A stretch of DNA of 64,000 bases from the human T2T-CHM13v2.0 reference genome, Homo sapiens: the NCBI RefSeq assembly GCF_009914755.1, contig NC_060925.1; one strand, given 5' to 3'. The notes under the pieces are model-generated. The model was not told the origin of the DNA, ran no database searches, and saw nothing but the letters and a program-made list of their open reading frames with translations. Both the position numbers and the translations under genes were made by a program. Numbering within the stretch: the first letter of the stretch is position 1; every line of letters begins with the position of its first letter. Shown here piece by piece: positions 57,894 through 64,000 of the stretch.

Positions 57894-58195
57894 GGCTGGG
57901 CGCGGTAGGTCATGCCTATAATCCCAGCACTTAGGGAGGCCGAGGTGGGTGGATCGCCTGAGCTCAGGAGTTAGAGACCATCCTGGGCAACATGGCGGAA
58001 CCCTCCCTCTACTAAAAATACAAAAAATTAGCTGGGCGTGGTAGTGTGTGCCTGTAGTCCCAGCTACTTGGGAGGCTGAGGCAGGAGAATCGCTTGAGCC
58101 CCGGAGGTGGAGGTTGCAGTCTTACCACTGCACTCTGGCTTGGGCTACAGAGTGAGACTCCGTCTCAAAAAAAAAAAAAAAAAGAAAAGTAAAGG
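57894..58195 (+). mobile_element. AluS
   Basis: Dimer; 13-bp TSD AAAGCTAGTTTAT (57881-57893, 58196-58208). Confidence 0.95.
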
Positions 58196-58455
58196 AAAGC
58201 TAGTTTATATAAACAGTAAAGCAGTAAAGTGGTAAGTGAATATGAACAAACCATTAAAATATATATGAGCACACAGGCTCCCTTTGGCAAATAAATGGGA
58301 TTATATGAGGCAAGCTGATCTTTCCTTGGTTGTCTGAGATGCCTGCAGTAATAGTAATATAACTAGGTTGTATACATATGTGCAACAGGAGAAAGTTCAC
58401 CTTACTGAGCAACTTATTTCCAAATTTATGTGGATTTCAATTTCCAGCTTTACTA

Positions 58456-58873
<418 letters not shown>

Positions 58874-59120
58874 TCACTTTTTTTTTTTTGAAAGGGGGCT
58901 TAACCATGAGTAAGGGATTAAAGAAGAGATAGAAAAGGGTAAGGCTTGGTAAAGTGCTTTGACTTTCAGTTTTGACCCCTGTGGGGCAAGTTTTATGTAT
59001 ACACTATAAATTGTCTGGAGGAAAGCCATTTAGTTAGCATCTCTTAAATGGTGAATTTAAGCACAGTAATTTTATTAAACGCATAGTCAATAGACTTAAT
59101 GTGGTTAATCTATTTCATTC

Positions 59121-59430
<310 letters not shown>

Positions 59431-60886
59431 CCTTTACCATTAACTGAATTAGATTTAGAAATTTGGAGAGTTGTCCATGGCTACTCAAAGTTGTTACTGT
59501 ACACTTATATGAATATCAATATGTAAATACATGGGTTTATTTAGATAATCTTGGAGATTCTCTTTGTAATTTTGTAAACTGTTTTGTTTTACTTTAATTT
59601 CCCATCCATCTTCTCTTTCTCCGATCTGGAAAACAAACGACTATGACAGCTGGATTCCTATTCTCATTCTCTCTCTTTCTTCCTCTCTTTTCCCCTTCCC
59701 TCCCTTCTTTTTTCCTAAGTATAGATGACAGAAGTATTTTATTAAGGAGGATTGTGCCATATGAATGATCTAAACCCATGTAAAAATACCCTTGTTGAGT
59801 TAGATTATTCTAGGACATAAACTGTCTCCAAATTACTCACTAATTTGGGTATTAATGATATGAAAATTAAGCCTTTTAGAGATTCTAAACTTACAGATAA
59901 TATAAGAAGAGTTTATGTTCTTAGATTTTTGTGTGTATGTGTTTACTCTATAAAAGGGAATGTACTAGGCATTTGTAGGAATTTTAATCTGTTATCTTAA
60001 GGAGTATGCCAAAATCTGATTAAGTAAAACATAACAAAGGTAGATTTATTTTTCATTTCTGGCTGTTGTACAAATTGTCAGTATAAAATACTCTAAAATT
60101 GTTGTGGATTTAATTCATTTTTTTCTTAACCTCAAAATTTTTGCCAGTACCTCTTTAATCATTGTATTCTTTCTTTCTGCTTGTCATCTCATAATTTTCT
60201 GTTATTTGCCTCATAGTAGTTGCTGTCTTTGTCTTTTTCCATATTGTGCATTAATTTTTAATGTACCTTTTTGCCAAACTTTGAGTATCACAGAGTCCAC
60301 ATCTTCTTTGTGAGCCAAATTGGAAGAAAGAATATTCTTTCTTCTTTGTATGAAATCAAAACTGTCCTGTATTCTGTTTAAATATGTTTCCTATCATCTT
60401 TCCTTCTACCGCCTTTCTAGATGGAAGGCAGATTTGATCAAATAATGCAGTCTGAATGATTCTTTGTTGTACTTAAAAATAAATTACATTTAACATGCAA
60501 ATAGGATCACTCTGATACTTAATTATCTGTTGTTTGACCACTGATCCTCCTTCATTAACTAACGGAAACAATTAGACTAGGAATGATTGTTACTGGACCA
60601 GATTTAGAAACTGCCACAACCCCCAGTATATAAATTTTGTGAGTTCTATTAGTATTGGTTTCTGCTTTAGATGGTTCAACTTCTACTTTTTCCACTTTTA
60701 AAGGTACCATCCTATTTTAGGAGAGTTAGAATTGTAAGTTACTTCCTTGTCAATTCATTAGATAAGCTTGATTATGAAACTTTTCATCTTTTAATAGATT
60801 TTCTGTGATGTTTTAATAATTAAAAGCCTTATATTATTGACTGATTAAATTAAGAAATTACAGTATATTGGGCTTAACTGTTAGGT

Positions 60887-61174
60887 TATTTATTTTTTTG
60901 CGACGGAGTCTCACTTTGTCATCCAGGCTGGAGTGCAGCAGCATGATCTCGGTGCACCGCAACCTCCACCTCCTGGGTTCAAGTGATTCTCCCACCTTAG
61001 CCTCCCAAGTAGCTGAGATTAGCCCTCACGCCTGGCTAATTTTTTTATTTTTAGTAGAGACAGGGTTTTGCCATGTTGGGCAGGCTGGTCTCAAACTCCT
61101 GACCTCAGGTGATCCACCCGCCTTGGCCTCCCAAAGTGCTGGTATTACAGGCGTGATCCACTGCGCTCTTGGCC
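60887..61174 (-). mobile_element. AluS-like
   Basis: Antisense dimer; TSD TGTTAGGT. Confidence 0.93.
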
Positions 61175-61349
61175 TGTTAGGTGTTTTTTAAACCAAAATA
61201 AGAATCTACTGGTTTTCTCCATAGAAGATAAAATGTTATCTATTGTTACATTGATGTGGACTTTAGGAATTTAATTCAAGTATTTCAATATAAAAATATT
61301 GAACACTTCTAAAACCTGTGGCTTCTGTGGGATTATCTGTTTGTATATT

Positions 61350-62303
61350 CATTGGATCCTCATTATTCATCATTATTCATGGATTCTGTGTTTGCAAATT
61401 CACCTGCTTGTTAAATTTTATTTTTAACCCCCAAATCAATACTTGTGTTGTTTTTGTGGCTACTTGCAGAGCAGCAAAAATTTGAGTCACCAGTCATTCA
61501 TCTTCCCAGATGAGGTGGGAAAAAAGCAACACTCTGCCTTATTATTTCAGCTGTTATACTGTAAATAAGCATCCTTTTTGCTATTTAGTGCCATGATTTT
61601 TTTCACTTCTTTTGTGCTTTTTCTTGGTGATATGGCTGTTTAAATGGTGCCATATGAAGTGCTGAAGTGTTATCTAGTGTTTGTAAGTGCAAGAAGGCTA
61701 TGCTCTACCTTCTGGAGAAAATATGAGTGTTGAATAAGCTTTATTTAGACTGTTGACCATGAGTTCAATGTTAATGAATCAACAATATAAAATAAGGTGC
61801 TTTAGCAGCCAGGCATGGTGGCTCACGTCTGTAAGTAATCCCAGCACTTTGGGAGGCCGAGGCGGGTGGATCACTTGAGGTCAGGAGTTTGAGAACAACC
61901 TGGCCAACATGGTGAAACCCTGTCTCTACTAAAAATACAAAAATTAGCCAGATGTGGTGGCACATGCCTGTGGTCCTAGCTACTCAGAGACTGAGTCAGG
62001 AGAATTGCTTGAACCCAGTAAACGGAGGTTGCAGTGAGCCGAGATCGCACCACTTCACTCTAGCCTGCGCAACAGAGTGAGACTCTGTCTCAAAAATAAA
62101 ATAAAATAAAATAAGGTACTTTAAACAGAAACACACATTAAACAAGATTATGTATTGATCAGTTGATGAAAATGTTGTGACCAGAGGCTTACAGGAACCT
62201 AACCTTGTATTTCTCATATTCGCTAAGCGGTTCAGTATTGGCTAATTCGGTGTTTGCAGTGACATGGTAGAACATAACTATTGATAATAACCAGAATTGA
62301 TTG
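61350..62303. mobile_element. TcMar-Tigger non-autonomous element (MER82-like) split by an Alu
   Basis: GGATCCTCATTATTC..GGATTCTGTGTTTGCAAATTCACC...; right end AGAACATAACTA..AATAACCAGAATTGATTG followed by TA. Confidence 0.7.
61808..62110 (+). mobile_element. AluSz-like
   Basis: Dimer; TSD ATAAAATAAGGT(G/A)CTTT. Confidence 0.95.
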
Positions 62304-62308
62304 TATAT

Positions 62309-62607
62309 TGTGGTAGCTCACCTCCAAAATGGCCTCCAATGATCCAAGGCTCCTGGTGTTTACATGCTAGTGTAGTCCCCTTCCACATTGAATTATAGCT
62401 GGTTGACTCTGTGTCAGCAATAGAATACAGTGGATGGTGATGATTTGTGCTTTCTGAGGCTGGGTCATGAGAAGAATTACAAACTTCTGCCTTGATACTT
62501 GTGTTGTTCTTTCTGGAGGAAGCCAGCTGTTCCACTGTACCCAGAGGACGTCTGTATAGTCCTGTGGAAAGGCCCACCTGGAGAGGAACTTAACATCCTG
62601 GCTGAGG
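62309..62607 (+). mobile_element. MLT1F-like LTR, 5' part
   Basis: TGTGGTAG..CCTCCAAAATGGCCTCCAATGATCC...GAAAGGCCCACCTGGAGAGGAACT. Confidence 0.72.

Positions 62608-64000
<1,393 letters not shown>

Overview
Primate (human-like) genomic DNA, not prokaryotic. It contains the CpG-island promoter and first coding exon of RASAL2, long isoform (ATG 5179, donor after 5380), recognised from memory of the protein N-terminus. About 58 kb of intron 1 follows, with no further coding exon visible. A divergent lncRNA (RASAL2-AS1) is expected upstream but cannot be delimited from sequence alone. The rest is mostly transposon-derived: about 30 Alus, L1PA/L1M, L2, MIR, MaLR LTRs, MER21, a near full-length Charlie3 hAT transposon with intact 8-bp TSD, an Hsmar2 mariner half, and an L1-mobilised HERV-W processed pseudogene nested in an MST LTR. 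I found no convincing new gene system. The best leads are: (1) a (GCC)7(ACCGCC)5 repeat read as a poly-Ala/Thr uORF on + and a GTG-started poly-Gly ORF on -; (2) a candidate poison exon flanked by a UG repeat, with its 5' splice site inside a perfect 22-bp hairpin and a diverged duplicate ~880 bp upstream; (3) a 48-bp intronic hairpin whose four substitutions are all G-U compatible in the sense RNA. Repeat subfamily names come from recalled consensus motifs and boundaries are approximate; confirm with RepeatMasker/Dfam.
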